From the NCBI RefSeq assembly GCF_011386835.1, contig NC_088801.1, forward strand, positions 47,554,001 through 47,618,000: DNA of 64,000 nt, given 5' to 3'. Positions within the stretch are counted from its first letter, which is position 1. Each line of letters starts with the position of its first letter. Below, in pieces: positions 26,680-40,165 of this stretch. Origin of the DNA: Chrysemys picta bellii. Lineage: Eukaryota. The position numbers and the translations under genes are program-made. A model generated the notes under the pieces. The model searched no databases, was not told the DNA's origin, and saw only the letters and a list, made by a program, of their open reading frames with translations.

Positions 26680-26978
26680 GGGTACGTCTTCACTACCCGC
26701 CGTATTGGCAGGTAGCAATCGATTTATCCGGGATCGATATATCGCGTCTCGTTAAGATGCGATATATCGATCCCCGAACACGCTCACCGTCGACTCCGGA
26801 ACTCCACCAGAGCGAGTGGCGGTAGCGCAGTCAATGGGGGAGCCGCGGCCATCAATCCCGCGCTGTCTGGACCCTAGGTAATTCGATCTAAGATACTTCG
26901 ACTTCAGCTACGCTATTCACGTAGCTGAAGTTGCGAATCTTGGATCGATTCCCCCCGCCCCCCAGTGTAGACCAGCCC
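26680..26978. mobile_element. Young CpG-rich PIF/Harbinger MITE nested at the edge of an older MITE (~26575-26679)
   Basis: TIRs GGGTACGTCTTCACT / AGTGTAGACCAGCCC, a TTA TSD (26677-26679, 26979-26981), and two internal palindromes. Confidence 0.9.
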
Positions 26979-29049
26979 TTAGAGAAGGAGTTAGCAGTCA
27001 TCAACTCCCTCTTTTATTCTCCTATGTTGAAACCCACCTCCAATCCAGAGGAGGGGCAAAGAACTGGAACCATATAGGGCTTCCTGCATAAGACCTCCTG
27101 GGTCCATGTGTCAGTTCCCCAGTTCTAATTACCAAGGGGATTATTCCATATTTCACATCTTAAATAACCCTATTTTGAAAGTGTTATGAAGATCCTGCAG
27201 TCTTTCACTCTGTAATACTGAAGGTGAGCAAAGCATACCATATTGTTCACTTTTTATTCTGAATGAACCACACTGATTCAGATCAATGTTGGAGGATTCA
27301 TGGCCCGATTACCCTTGAATAGCCCCTAAGTGAAAAGCCTTCCACACTTAGGTGAATTTCACATACGGTGTAGAGCTGTGCTCTAGGAAAGTCCCTTCAA
27401 TGTAAAATATAGTATTCTGACTATAGCTAACATAATGATAACACAAATGTAATACAAAGACAATAAAAACAAGAGCATGCTGGCAGTTAAGAATCTAATA
27501 ACTATTAACTAAAAAACTGAATATTGATAAAATCCAAAGGTTATAAGGGGCCATATGTCGTGATATAGTTTATATAGCAGAACAAATAATACAGATCATG
27601 AAAGAGGCACTGTTTACCTTCAAGGAGCCAAATGAGCAATGTGATACCCACATTCACTCTTCTCTCTTCCGCCCACAAAAAAGAAACAGAAACCTTAACC
27701 GTTGTTTTATCTTCCATCCTAACAGTCCTCCCACCTAGACTTAAATGAATTCTAATTATACATAATATATGCATCATATAGGCAGGGGAAAAGAGTACAA
27801 AGATAAAAGTTTGTGAAAAATTTCCACAGTACCTTGTTGGTCTTCCTCTCCCCCACCCCACCCCTCCGGCAAAAAACAATTCCAAATGCTTTGTAAAAAT
27901 CAGACTTGATTTTGTTCACCTCTTTGCCATGTGACAATAGCTCTGGATGTTCTTAATAAAAGCATAGTTAGGCAAAGTCTAGCTAGCTAACTGAAGTCTC
28001 TGAAGTATTAATACATTGAGTTACATTTGTTAAGGCAATACAAGGTTTATACTGTGTTCTAAAATACTGGGATTCAATTCACATAGTTTATCAAAGCTCT
28101 ATTTTTATTTTGTCTTAAGTTTGATGTTATCAAGGTTGTTCGTGTTCCAAAATTGGATGAGTTTTAGCCGTAGTTAGCAGTTGGTAATAGGAGTCAAGAA
28201 GAGAGATTTTAACACATTCAGAATGTTTAATTTCCCCTCCATCTGATGATAATAATTTAACATGTAAAAAAATAACATAAAATTATGTGGATTGAAAAAA
28301 GCCTCCCACACACCTTATGGAATTCAAATACTGTGTGGGACTGGAACCACGAGTATGTTCGGTAAGCATGATCTCCAGAAGAATATTTTCATTTAAGAAA
28401 AAATGTTAAATTAAAAATTAATGGTAGTCGATTTAGTCAAACACTCTGCTTCCCTAACATTCAGATTATACTCATTAGGATACCATGTCATTTAAATTAA
28501 ACTAAAATGTTGCTGAGGGTGAAAACTGTAAAACTTAAATATTTGTTTATTCATTGTATGAATTTCCATAGTAGGAACACAGTAACATAGTAAATTCTAG
28601 AGTGAAAAGGAGCAAAGTAGACTATTTTTGGTGCATTCTTTTTGAATATTCCCTTAATTGAGACTTTTTAGTCTAGAAAAAGTATTGAACTGCAGGAAGT
28701 GATACATAATCTCATAAAGACTGCACATTTTCATTGTGCTGCAGAGAGCTGGTTTAGCTCCTGATTCAGAAATAGACTTGGCACCACACAACCAAGATAT
28801 ATAGTATGCTTTATACATTCACATAAGACGCAGACAACATTCCATAGATAATTGTGGGGAAATCCCAACCCCATCACCATCCAATAAATAAGAAATTCTG
28901 TACTTGCACTATACCAATCTGAGCCATTTTTAGGAAACTATTTGAGTATCATGTACTCTGAATGCATGTTAGGTATTATTAAAAAGGAAAAAAATGATAG
29001 AAACTTCCTTATTACAAATGTATACTATATTATTATTATTTATTATTTA

Positions 29050-29520
29050 TTTTATTATGAGCTGGGTAAAACCTTGTTATGGGCTGGGTTAAAACCCTGT
29101 TGAGGTTGATAGGTATGAAAGCCCCAACAAAGACAAAAGGGGTGTGTACCTGCTGAGGAGCTTTTGGAGCTGAGAATTGTTTTAGGTAGGTATGTGGGGA
29201 AATGTGAGAGAACATACACATACTGGCAAAGGCAAGAAAAGGCCAACCATCAACCTGTAAGCACAGGGTGACCCTGGAGAAAGCTAGAGAGGAGTGGGGT
29301 TTTTGGGTCTGGTGTTGGCTAAAGGGCTTAATGTGCTGGTAATCTAAGAGACTGCTCCTTTTTGTTCTTCGGTACTTCAGTGTTCAGAGACACAGGACTT
29401 TGTACATTCCTTGTAAATAAGCAAGGTTGCATCAAAGAAATAACTGATTACCACCATTTCTACTCCCAACCTACAGAGCCTTGAATTTTGACTAGCCACT
29501 TGGGTCAAAAAGGGGCAACA
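29050..29520 (+). mobile_element. Solo LTR (ERV-like), 5' boundary uncertain
   Basis: U3-like tandem motif, a GTAAATAAGC polyA-like signal, and an end at GGGTCAAAAAGGGGCAACA. Confidence 0.6.
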
Positions 29521-30030
29521 ATATACTTTGTTAAATTGTATTAGCAATTTAACTTTCTATTCCCCCTCGCCTAGGGGAAAAAAGAAAGAAGGAACAAAAA
29601 AGAATAAAACAATAAAAGCATGGATAACTATTCCCCTTAAGATGCCTCATGGGTGTTTAAATTAAGAACAACAAAAGAATATTGTGGTAGTTACTACTGC
29701 CCATTATTGTTGTTGTAACAATCTCTACTTTTTCTCCACCATATTCTAAATACAAAACATGAGACAGCTGTAAAGCCTGCTTAAAAGTGCTTTGTTTTAC
29801 AAGAAAAAAAAAGGTGAACTAGAGGAATAGGCTCCTCAGTCCCAACAATCTCACCTTCTTGCAAATCTGGAATGAGGCCAGCAATACAGGCCATGGGAAG
29901 CATTTGAAAGATGGAGACAACGGCACCTGACTACTTGTCTGCATTGTTCACAGACTGTGTGCTATGTCTTCACTACCACTGCTGCCCCATTTGCAGCCAC
30001 TAAACTGCTTTTGGGGCCTCCCTTGGGTAC

Positions 30031-30545
30031 TGTAACAGGGTGGCTTGGTCCATGGCGTGGACAACCTGTGGCTAAGCCAGCCCTGATTAAGAGGGTGAGT
30101 CATGCCTGGTATGAATCATGTATTCCCAGGATCAAAAGGGTAGGAAGTTGCAGTGGTGGGGACGGGGCTGTTGGGAGAGAACAGAAATTGCTAGGAGTGA
30201 GCAGGCTACAGAAGAGTCCTGGGATTTGGGAGGTAAGACTCCAGCCAGGAAGGGCTGGGAATAGCCTGCTAATGCAGGAGAGACTCTGATCAGGCCAGGG
30301 ACAGAGTGCACAAGCTCTCCAGGCAGGGAAGCCTGGGAGTAAGAAAAGTAATGTCTGTTTGTGAGACTTTGAGTTTTATGTTGACTTATTTTCTGTGAAT
30401 CAACCCAGATCCCAAAGGCATTTTGTCCTTAGAAAAAGTGTGTGGAGTCTGTAAGAAGCCCTTTGAGAGAGAAATTATTAGCAGAGAACTGCAGAGGCCC
30501 CCCTGGCCATGAGGGGGTGCCTGGGACATGCCCAACTGTGCTACA
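30031..30545 (+). mobile_element. Old solo LTR-like element
   Basis: TGTAACA...GTGCTACA termini around a GC-richer interior. The TSD is not cleanly preserved. Confidence 0.5.
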
Positions 30546-32474
30546 TCTACAAAGAACTCCAGGTATGTGGGGGAATGTGAGAGAACATACACATATTGGC
30601 AAAGGCAAGAAAAGGCCAACCATCAACCTGTAAGTAGAGTTTTGTTTATGCTAACGTAGGCTTTCAGAGGTTTGGGTTCATTCTGAAACATACTGCTCCC
30701 AGAAAAGCTCACAAGTGAAATAAAATATATAGAGAAATATTTTCTATTCTAGGATGTTAGTCAGTAGCAACATATGGAATGACACAGGAGAGAGAAAAAG
30801 ATGCACATACTAATCTGAATTGTAGCTAGATATTCACTTCTCCCTCTACAACCCCTTTGTGCTGCTCATAGAATATATTAAGTAATTATACTACCAAGAA
30901 ATTTATCAATGGCTCATTTTTGTACTATGCATCTACTGATGGTTTTCATTCATAAATTTGGTATATGTGTAGTGTTTTTATGAGCTGGCATTAATTGAAG
31001 TACTGAAAAGTTACCAGGGATATTGTCAGCATATTTAGCCAAAAATGTTCCTTCCTGTAGAAGGTAAATCATGTGCTGCAGGGCACAAGAAAAGACAGTA
31101 AAAAAAAATTATACAAAAGGCAGCCTCAGAAACACTGCATGGAATTTATCTTCCTTAGACTTATGCTCGTTGATAGTGTCTTAACACATTTAGTATTAGT
31201 AGATCACCTAAGAATGGTTTATACATTCCTTGTTTTCTTTCTGCTACAAAATGAAATCTTCTCAATAAAATTATTTCTTTACACTTTTATCCCTCTTGCA
31301 ATGAGTTTCTCTGAACCCTCTCAGTTCTACTTTCATCGGTGACACAGGCATGATGCTTCAGAAGTACGGAATATTCAGAAACTGTTGTATTTACTTTATA
31401 AATATTATGTGTCTTTAATGACAGACTAGTGTATCCCTGGATAAATGGATTTGCTAAAAAATGTTTTCTTAAAGTCCCTGGAGGGTAATTAATGCAAATA
31501 CTTATTCCTGAAGCAAAGCCAGTAATAAGTCTGTGGAAGTTTAGGAAATACCATATACTAGTTTAACCTGGTTCAAAAGCCCTAGCAGACAAAGAACAAA
31601 ACACTGTATAAAGATACAGCCCTGATCTGGGAGAAGGGTCATGGTCACTTGATCCAAGAACTAAGTGAAACTGTGAGCAAGATGGACAAGCTGTGCGGAA
31701 TGGTCCTGAAGTACTTTATTCCTATCAGGGTCTCCATGTGGAAAATGGGTAACCGGCTAGTAAGCAAAGACCTGCATGTAAGCTGTTCACTGGTTTTTGG
31801 TTTTTTGGTTTTTGTTGTTTTAAGATACGTTTTCTCTAATGCTTTTAATCTATATAAGTAGTACTTTGCTTTATGACAGCTGGCTGGTTACTGGTTAACC
31901 CAGTCATTGCCGCTGAGAGGACAGGACTGCAGGTATTGAAGTGAAGTCAGACCTGCTGAGATAATCACCGTAAACTATAGGAGTCCCTGGTTTGGAGAGA
32001 TTGGCTTGGGGGATCTTGCGCTAACAAAAGTTATAGCCCTAAACGTGTTAGAGGTACAGTTACTTTGGGAACTGTGACATTCAGTTTTTATTGTAAAAAA
32101 AAAATCCTTGTATTAGTCCTTTCTCTGAAAAGAGCGTGGAGGAGAAAATGAAAATATTCATGCCAAAAAGTCTTAAAACGAACTCTAATTGTTGATTAGA
32201 GGAACAAAACTCTAATACATGATTAGAAGACAGTAAATACAGTCTGCCCACCAATATAACATACTCACTTGTAAACAAATGGATGTAGAATAACATTAAT
32301 AAGTAAATTTTTTGCTCTTGAAAAGTTCTGGACTGACAGCACTGAAGATTGAAATCCCGTTTATCCACAAAACATTAATATTACAGTTATATCAACATTT
32401 CTGACACTTCAAATTAGCATATTATATAAAAGACTAAAATATTTCTTCTTCAGACGATATTCTCCACACAACAT

Positions 32475-33622
32475 TGTGACGGTCACAGAGACCCCCTAGG
32501 GACTGCCACCTGATGTGCTGAGACTACCTCTGAGCCTGTTTTCGCTGCCAGCTTGGGACTTCAGTACCCTGTCTTGTTGAGCCAGACACGCTAGCCTGCG
32601 GCAAACACAGACCCAGTTCTGAACCACATCCCCCCAAATCTGAAGACTTAACTGAAAACAGCTTAAGAAGTGCTCCTGTCTCTAGCACCCAGACACCCAG
32701 TTCCCAATGGGATCCAAACCCCAAATGAATCCATTTTACTCTGTATAAAGCTTATACAGGGTAAATTTATAAATTGTCCTCCCTCCATAACACTGATAAA
32801 GAGATATGCACAGCTGTTTGCTCCCCCAGGAATTAATTGCTTACTCTGGGTTAATTAATAAATAAAAGTGATTTTATTAAGTATAAGAAATAGGATGTAA
32901 GTGGTTCCAAGTAATAACAGACAGAACAAAATAAGTTACCAAGCAAAATAAAACAAAAACACGCAAGTCTAAGCCTAATACATTTAAGAAACTGAATACA
33001 GGTAAATCTCACCCTCAGAGATGTTCCAATAAGCTTCTTTCACAGACCAGACTCCTTTCTAGTTTGGGCCCAATCTTTTCCCCTGGTAGAGTCCTTGTTC
33101 CAGCTCAGGTGGTAGTTAGGGGATTTCTCATGACTGTTACCTTCTTTGTTCTGTTCCACCCCCTCATATATCTTTGGCACAAGATGGGAATCTTTTGTCT
33201 CTTTGGGTCCTTCCAAATGGAAAAGCACCAGGTTTAAGATGGATTCCAGTACCAAGTGACATGGTCACATTTTCTGTGAGACCCCAAGCCTTCATTCTTC
33301 CTGGTCTGACTTACAGGAAGGCTTGCAAGTAAACAGAGCCATCTACAGGCAATGGTCCTAGTTAATGGGAGCCATCAAGATTCCAAACCACCATTAATGA
33401 CCCATACTTTGCATACATTACAATAGGACCTCAGTTATATTTCATATTTCTAGTTTCAGATACAAGAATGATATTCATACAAATAAGATGACCACACTCA
33501 GTAGATTATAAGCTTTGTAATGATACCTTACAAGAGACCTTATGCATGAAGCATATTCCAGTTACATTATATTCACACTCATTAGCATATTTTCATAAAA
33601 TCATATGGAGTGCAATGTCACA
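32475..33622 (-). mobile_element. Complete 1148-bp solo LTR
   Basis: TGTGAC...GTCACA termini, a perfect 5-bp TSD AACAT (32470-32474, 33623-33627), and AATAAA on the minus strand at ~32875. Confidence 0.9.
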
Positions 33623-33924
33623 AACATGACAAAGTCATGTACAACAGAAAATTATAGAAACATTAACAAAATAATGTTGTATCCCAGTATGTAGTGGTAA
33701 CATTCTCTTGACCTTAAACACAGGCTTAATGAGTCATCAATGAACCACCTCGGAGTACATTCATCATGACTAAAGATTGAATAAACATTAACTAAATAAC
33801 AAGCCTTTGTCCATTTTTCTGGTTTTTATTCCTTACATTCCATAAAAGCCTGACTTCATTACCTCATTTGCTTTTCCTCTAGTTACTAAGAGCTGTTGTG
33901 AAATGGGCATCAAGTTACAAGGTA

Positions 33925-34035
33925 ATGCTGAATAAGAGCTCTGTGTAAGCTTGAAAGCTTGTCTCTCTCTCAAACAGAAGTTGGTCCAATAAAAAATATT
34001 ATTTCATTCACCTTGTCTCTCTAATATAATCCTGG
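33925..34035 (+). mobile_element. Penelope-like terminal fragment with a degenerate minimal hammerhead
   Basis: CTGAATA-A-GAGCT-ctgtgta-AGCTT-GAA-AGCT-T-GTCT, followed by AACAGAAGTTGGTCCAATAAAA...CACCTTGTCTCT. It is homologous to 5255-5322 in the opposite orientation. Confidence 0.65.
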
Positions 34036-34384
34036 TATATGTCATGTAAAGAAAGTCTGTCCATTATCATGATGTACAACCCTGCTAGGAAGCTATCTGT
34101 CCCCTAAGGACAGGATGTTTCATTTCAAGAATCAGAGCATCTCACTTTTTCCTGTTTAAATTAAATTGTTAGAGATTTTTGTAATAGCTCATGAGCAGGA
34201 TTTCAGGTTACAAACCCAGAAGCTAACTTGTAGGCTCTATTGGCTTCAGAGGTGAAAAGTCATTGATTTCTCATGTATTTTTGAATAATTTTCCAGCCGT
34301 GTACACAACCCCACCAAACATGTTTGGCCGAACCACACAAACTAGAAATGTGGACAGAGTAGGACTCTATAGCTCAGATGCAAC

Positions 34385-34590
34385 TGTGCTTGGAATGTGG
34401 CATTCAGTTCCTGGCACCAAATTATCAACAAAATATTGACATATTGGGAAGCAGCTCAGAGAAGAGCAACAAAAATGATCAGGAGTCTGCAGGGATTAAT
34501 TTATGACCCTGTATTAAAAGAGCTAAACAAGTGTGTTGTCTCTCTGAGAGACAACAAAGGGGAATAACGATCTACAAGTATTTGAAGAAC
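34385..34590 (+). mobile_element. Old CR1 ORF2 C-terminal fragment
   Basis: Degenerate LEC-IQF-AP...[13 protein letters not shown] motif. Confidence 0.7.
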
Positions 34591-36297
34591 CTGAAGAACA
34601 AGGACACCCTCTTGGGAACCATCTTGTGTGCATTTGCTTCAAGGATCAGCTTCCAAAAATGGTGACAAATTCAAGAGTGCAAAATAGTAAGTGTGAGGAT
34701 AAAACTTGGGAGCAAGGAAGACTTGCAGGAAGGTTCTCCAACCCCACCCCCCACAAAATAAACAGGTCAAAACTCTCATAATAACAAAGCTATCATTCAA
34801 GAAAAGAATACCTCATCCCTGGAGGTGTGTGACATAAGCACATCCTCCTCTGCTAGCTTGGGACATGAGGGACTGATCTCTGAATTGAGTGCAGTTGACT
34901 CAGCAGTGCAATAAAAGCAAAGTAGCTCAAAGGCAACTTTTACCTCATATAATAGCATGTAATCTTTATCTGAGAGCATCATATTTTTACTTGAGTCAGA
35001 TTTCTGTATGTGGACCCTTTAACATGGTTCTATGTAATACCAAAGCCAATTGTTTTGGTATTAACACTTTAAAACACTATCTATTTCAAGCTCCTGATTA
35101 CATGGGCTTCAGATGTACCCATACAAATGTACTTTTGTATAAATAAAATATTCTACAAGGTTTCAGCCACGGAGTGAGATTATTTTGACAATTCAAAGTT
35201 GTCCATATATTTTTTTTTTACTTAAACTGCTAAAAATGGAAATACTGGGTTTTAGAAACTCTTTTTATTTTTAGAACAAAAATTTACTTTGTTTCTTATA
35301 ATGATATTCTACAGGCCAGAAATCCATAATGTGCGCAAGGCCACTTTGAGATGGGTATTTTTAATTAAACACTTCAGTTATTAATGTTTTGAAAATTGGC
35401 TTCTGTTCCCAATAAATTCTTTTTATAGTATTTTAAATATGCCTATTCATAATGAATATTCCTTCTGTACGGTAGACGAATATAGTATGTTGTGAGGTAT
35501 TAAGGGAAAGATTTAAGTAACTGTTCTAATCAGTAAATAGGGTGTCTCCCCAAATGCATTGCAGGGGCTGACCACCACTCAGGATTATGACCATAATGAA
35601 TACTTCAAAAACTATTTGAAGTACAGCACATGTCTACCTGTATTTAAATCACAGGCCATATTGGCTCCTTTGCTTCTGGTTTATAATGTAACTCGTATTT
35701 CCATGCAAGGAGTTTTGCTGTCTTCTAAAAGTTGTAGGGTAATAAAAATGGTAAATTAACTATAAAAATATGTTCAAATAAAGTCAAGAGACTAATTTAA
35801 ATCCAGAACTGAAAACAAATATAGATTTAGGGCTCAAACTGCAGCTGGTAGGCACTTCAGTTTCCATAAAAAAACCTCCAGAAGTAATTGATGTAAATAT
35901 GTGACATGCTCTAATGCTTAGGTACAACAGGGTAAGTTCTGACTGTGATAGTCTAATATATGAATGTCCTGGCTTTTGAAGGTTTAAATTAAACTCTTAA
36001 TATTATTTGTACATAATTGTATTAGTTATACTTTGTGTAGACTACCATGTTAAGGGTACAATGTATCATGATTTTTAACAATGTTCTTCTGTAGCATATG
36101 CATAATATACTGTAATTTTTTGTACTATTGATATGAACACATTCTGAAAGTGACCAATGTGATGGGAAAATGGCCAGGATTTTCAAAAGTGACTAGTGAT
36201 GTTTGGTGTCTCAGTTTTTGGGACCCAACTATAAACACCTCAAATGGCCCTCTTTTTCAGAAAAGGCAGAGCATCCAGTCTGTGAAAATAAGGCCCC

Positions 36298-36379
36298 TGT
36301 GGAAGCAGAGAAAGAACTAACAGAAGGGAACTGCAATGCATGACAGTTCGTTCCTGTTAGTTCTTTCTCTGCTTCCACA
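36298..36379. mobile_element. 82-bp palindromic mini-element with TGT..ACA ends, inserted in an older MITE (~36170-36410)
   Basis: 36-bp arms matching at 31/36 positions, a 10-nt loop, and CCCC on both flanks. Confidence 0.7.
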
Positions 36380-37494
36380 CCCCATTAAAGTGTCTCACAT
36401 TGGGCACTGAAAGCCAATGGTCCTTGGGTTTCCTTTCCCCTTCTTTTCTGTTATTACAAACAACAAGAAATGAGCTATTGTAATGTGTAGTTGAGTCTCA
36501 TACTATGAATTTTAATCAAATATAATTTATTTTCCTCCATTTGATGTCCTATTTTTATTGGAACGTTCAAGAGTAATGTATCCCTACTTTCTGACCTATT
36601 AGCACTGTCATTTCTGGTTAAATTCAGTTATTTCCACCAAGAAATATATTATTGAACTGAAAATGATTAAGTGAAATAATGGTTTGAGAGATGTTATAAT
36701 TATTACACTGTCCTTGCAAGAATGATATAAAAAAAACAAATGAAAACCTTTAAAAGTGTAAACAGAAGTCCAGTGACGATAGAAATGATTTTTACACTTC
36801 CTCTCACTAGTCTTGCACTATATATATAAAATTCTGTTAACACTCAAATTTGAGTTGAGAGCTGAACTCCTCTGATCTGAATACCATGCGACTTGGGAAA
36901 GTTTGGACCCAGATCCAGGTCCTGATCTCTGATTTGTGGCTGACTCCTACATTTATAATGGGCTCCCACTAAGGGCACTCTGTTCCCGTGCTGCCTTTGA
37001 GATATTCAGCTCCATTCTAGAATAAATTGTAATCTTAGAAATGGCGGTGGCTTCATTGGCTCATTATTTAGTTAATTTCATTTCGCAGAAGTGCAAAGCA
37101 TTGAAAAGGCTGCTTGGTGTCTGATAGTTCATGATTTACAGGCTCAATAACCCACTGCTTCTGGAAAGACTGACGGTCCTGACGTGGGTATTGTGCTAGC
37201 TGGTGAGTCAGGTCTTTTCACATTTGAGGGAGTTGCTGGGGGCAGCAGAGAAGGTGACTTTGAGGCAAGTTCAGAAGTTCTCTGGCTTTATTGCATTTAC
37301 CTGTAAAGTCACTGTGACAGGACACACCTTATACTGAGTTTTATGAAGCACAGCTAGAATCACACACTGTCATCACTGTATCCAGTTCATTATGGAGATC
37401 AGGGAGAATTTAGACATTTGCCTGGCAATAGAAGAGGACTCTTACATAGTAGGCTAGGCATTTCTGAAATATGTCCGACTGACAATCAATGGCA

Positions 37495-38040
37495 TATTGT
37501 AAAATTAAACAGTAATAAGTCACCAAGGCCACATGGTCTTCACTCAAGGGTTCTGAAGGAACTCAGATATGAAATTGCAGAACTACTAACTGTGGTATGG
37601 AACCTATCACTTAAATCAACCTCTGTACCAGATGGTTGGAGGGTAGCTAATGTAATGCTGACTTTTTAAAAAAGCTCCAGAGGAACTGCATGATGGTAAG
37701 CTTAACTTCAATACCAGCCAAATTGGTTGAAACCATAGTAAAGAACAGAATTATCAGACACATAGATGATCACAATGTGTTGGGGAAGAGTAAACATGGC
37801 TTTTGTAAAAGGAAATCATACCTCATCAATCTATTAATATTCATTGAGGGCATCAACAAGCACATGGACAAGGATAATCCAATCAATATACTTTCAGAAA
37901 GTCTTTGATAAGTCCCTCACCAAAGTCTTTTAAGCCAACTAAGCATGTATGGGACAAGAGAGAAGGTCCTCTCATGGATCAATAATGGTTAAAAGAGAGG
38001 AAACAAAAGATAGGAATAAATGGCCAATTTTCACAATAGA
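37495..38040 (+). mobile_element. Old CR1 RT fragment
   Basis: KLNSNKSPRPHGLHSRVLKEL...VSLTSIPAKLVETIVK...KHGFCKRKSYLINLL. Confidence 0.88.
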
Positions 38041-38399
38041 AACTGGTTCCTCAGGGCAGATGCCTATTATCTAGAGTAATTATGTTTCAGTGGTTAAGCA
38101 CATAAATCAACAACCATCTTTCGTTAGCCCTTTGCCACCCACCTTTGGACTTTCAGTCCAAGCTGGAGGCAAAAGCACAACAGAGGAGACAAGTAGCCCC
38201 CACATTTAAAATGGAGTTTACAGTTTGGTAAAGCCACATACAGAAAGTTCAAAATCTCATACAGAATTTATAAATCATCACCGTGTGTAAACTGGTCATT
38301 AATATATGTCATGTGGGGACAAGGTTTAAAGAAGCAATTTTTTGACACTTTCAATGACTGCTTATTGGAGCAGTTAGTTCTAAAGCATGTGAGAGGATA

Positions 38400-39870
38400 G
38401 GCTCTTTTCAGCTTAGTCTTAAACAAACAAACCAGAGCTGGTTCAAGAGGTAACTATAATCTGAGTAATAGTATCTGCTTACTACAGAAAACTGAGGGAG
38501 AATTGTTGAATAAGATGGACTATTAAGGGATTAAAGAGGCAAATGAAGGAAGATAAAGACTATACAGAGAAGCGAAATGATTTCTGTGAATAAGTCTTTA
38601 TCATAGAGGATGTTAGAGAGCTACCTGCCCCTTATTCTTTTTAAGTAATGAAGTTCAAGCACTGTCAGACATTTGAGGTATCAAAAAAGAAAGAGTTGGA
38701 ACAAAATAACTAAAGGTATGAATTTCAACAAATTTAGTTATTTCAGTTCCATTTACTTCCACTTACTGTGCAGACAAGCCCTAACTAGTCTCAGGGTAAG
38801 AGGTAAACTTGCTAAGAGGCAGAAAACAAAGAGCCAAATCCTGCAAAGATTTACCCATGTACCTACTTATATGAGCAGTCACATTGAAGTGAAGTAGAAT
38901 TACTCACATGGATAAATATTTGCAGGACTGGGCCCAAAAATGTAATAGGAAATTATCAATTTTTTTACATGGCAAAACATCAATAGGGTGCCCTAAGAAT
39001 CTGTTTTTATGCTGGTATAGTTGAATATATTTGTTAATGATCTGGAAAACACAGTGAACAGTGATATGGCAAATTTCATGGATTACACAAAATTGTTTAA
39101 ATTAGCCAAGTCTAGGGAAGACTTTGAAGAATTCCATACACAGCTAACAAAGCTACATAAATGGAGAGCATGCAAGGCAAAATTCATTGCTGATGAATGC
39201 CAGGTGATGAAGCAGTAATTTGAACAGATCTTACATATACTGGGTTCTAAATCTCACTGTGTCAACTCAGGAAAAAACCTTTGTGTCATCATGGACAGTC
39301 TAACAAAAATCTCTGCTCAGGGTGCAGTTTCAGCCAAAAAAGTAAACAAAAAATTAGGATTTATTAAAATAATACTGAAAATATGATAATGAATCTTATG
39401 ATTCATTATTTTGAATCACTGGTGTTATCCTTACTCTGAATGCTGTGTTTAATTCTGGTTACTCCCTCCAAAAAAGAAATATAGTAGAAATAGAAAGAGA
39501 TTATTCCTAAATGTAACAGTAATGAACATGACAGTAGGCATAGAAAGACTTCTGTATAAGGAGACATTGTAAAGATTGGGATTGATATTTTTAGAGAGAA
39601 AATGACTAATGGGGAGAAGTGAGAGGTATATAAAATAATGAATAGTATAGATAATAATAGTGTAGAAAAGGTAAACTGAGCAGTCCTCTTTAACCTTTCC
39701 CTTAGCACAAGGAAAAGGCACATGAAATGAACTTAAAAAAAAAATGGAAGGTCTCATGGAAGAAGTTAGTTGTGAGAAGGGACTGCGAACTAGGATAGGC
39801 CAATGGAAGGAGGCTGTTTTAAATATATGAACGAGCATAAAAAAGGCATAACATTGTGAATGGGACAAAT
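38400..39870 (+). mobile_element. Very old CR1 remnant (pre-RT segment, MITE interruption at ~38830-38935, RT C-terminus and 3' region)
   Basis: NIFVNDLENTVNSDMANFMDYTKLFK (degenerate FADDTKL) at 39021-39218, with downstream CR1-like motifs. Confidence 0.75.
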
Positions 39871-39883
39871 AGATCCCCTAGAT

Positions 39884-40145
39884 CAGGGTTTCTCAAACAG
39901 GGGTCGCCCCTTGTATAGGGAAAGCCCTTGGTGGGCCGGGCCGGTTTGTTTACCTGCCCCATCCGCAGGTCCGGCCGATCGCGGCTCCCACTAGCCGCGG
40001 ATTGCTGCTCCGGGCCCATGGGAGCTGCTGGAAGCGGCGGCCAGTAAGTCCCTTGGCCCGCACAGCTTCCAGCAGGTAAACAAACGGTCCCGGCCCGCCA
40101 GGGGCTTTCCCTATACAAGTGGCGACCCCTGTTTGAGAAACCCTG
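39884..40145. mobile_element. hAT MITE (CAGGGTTTCTCAAACAGGGGTCGCC family)
   Basis: Perfect ~25-bp TIRs and a perfect 8-bp TSD CCCTAGAT (39876-39883, 40146-40153). Confidence 0.95.
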
Positions 40146-40165
40146 CCCTAGATAGACTTTGCTGT

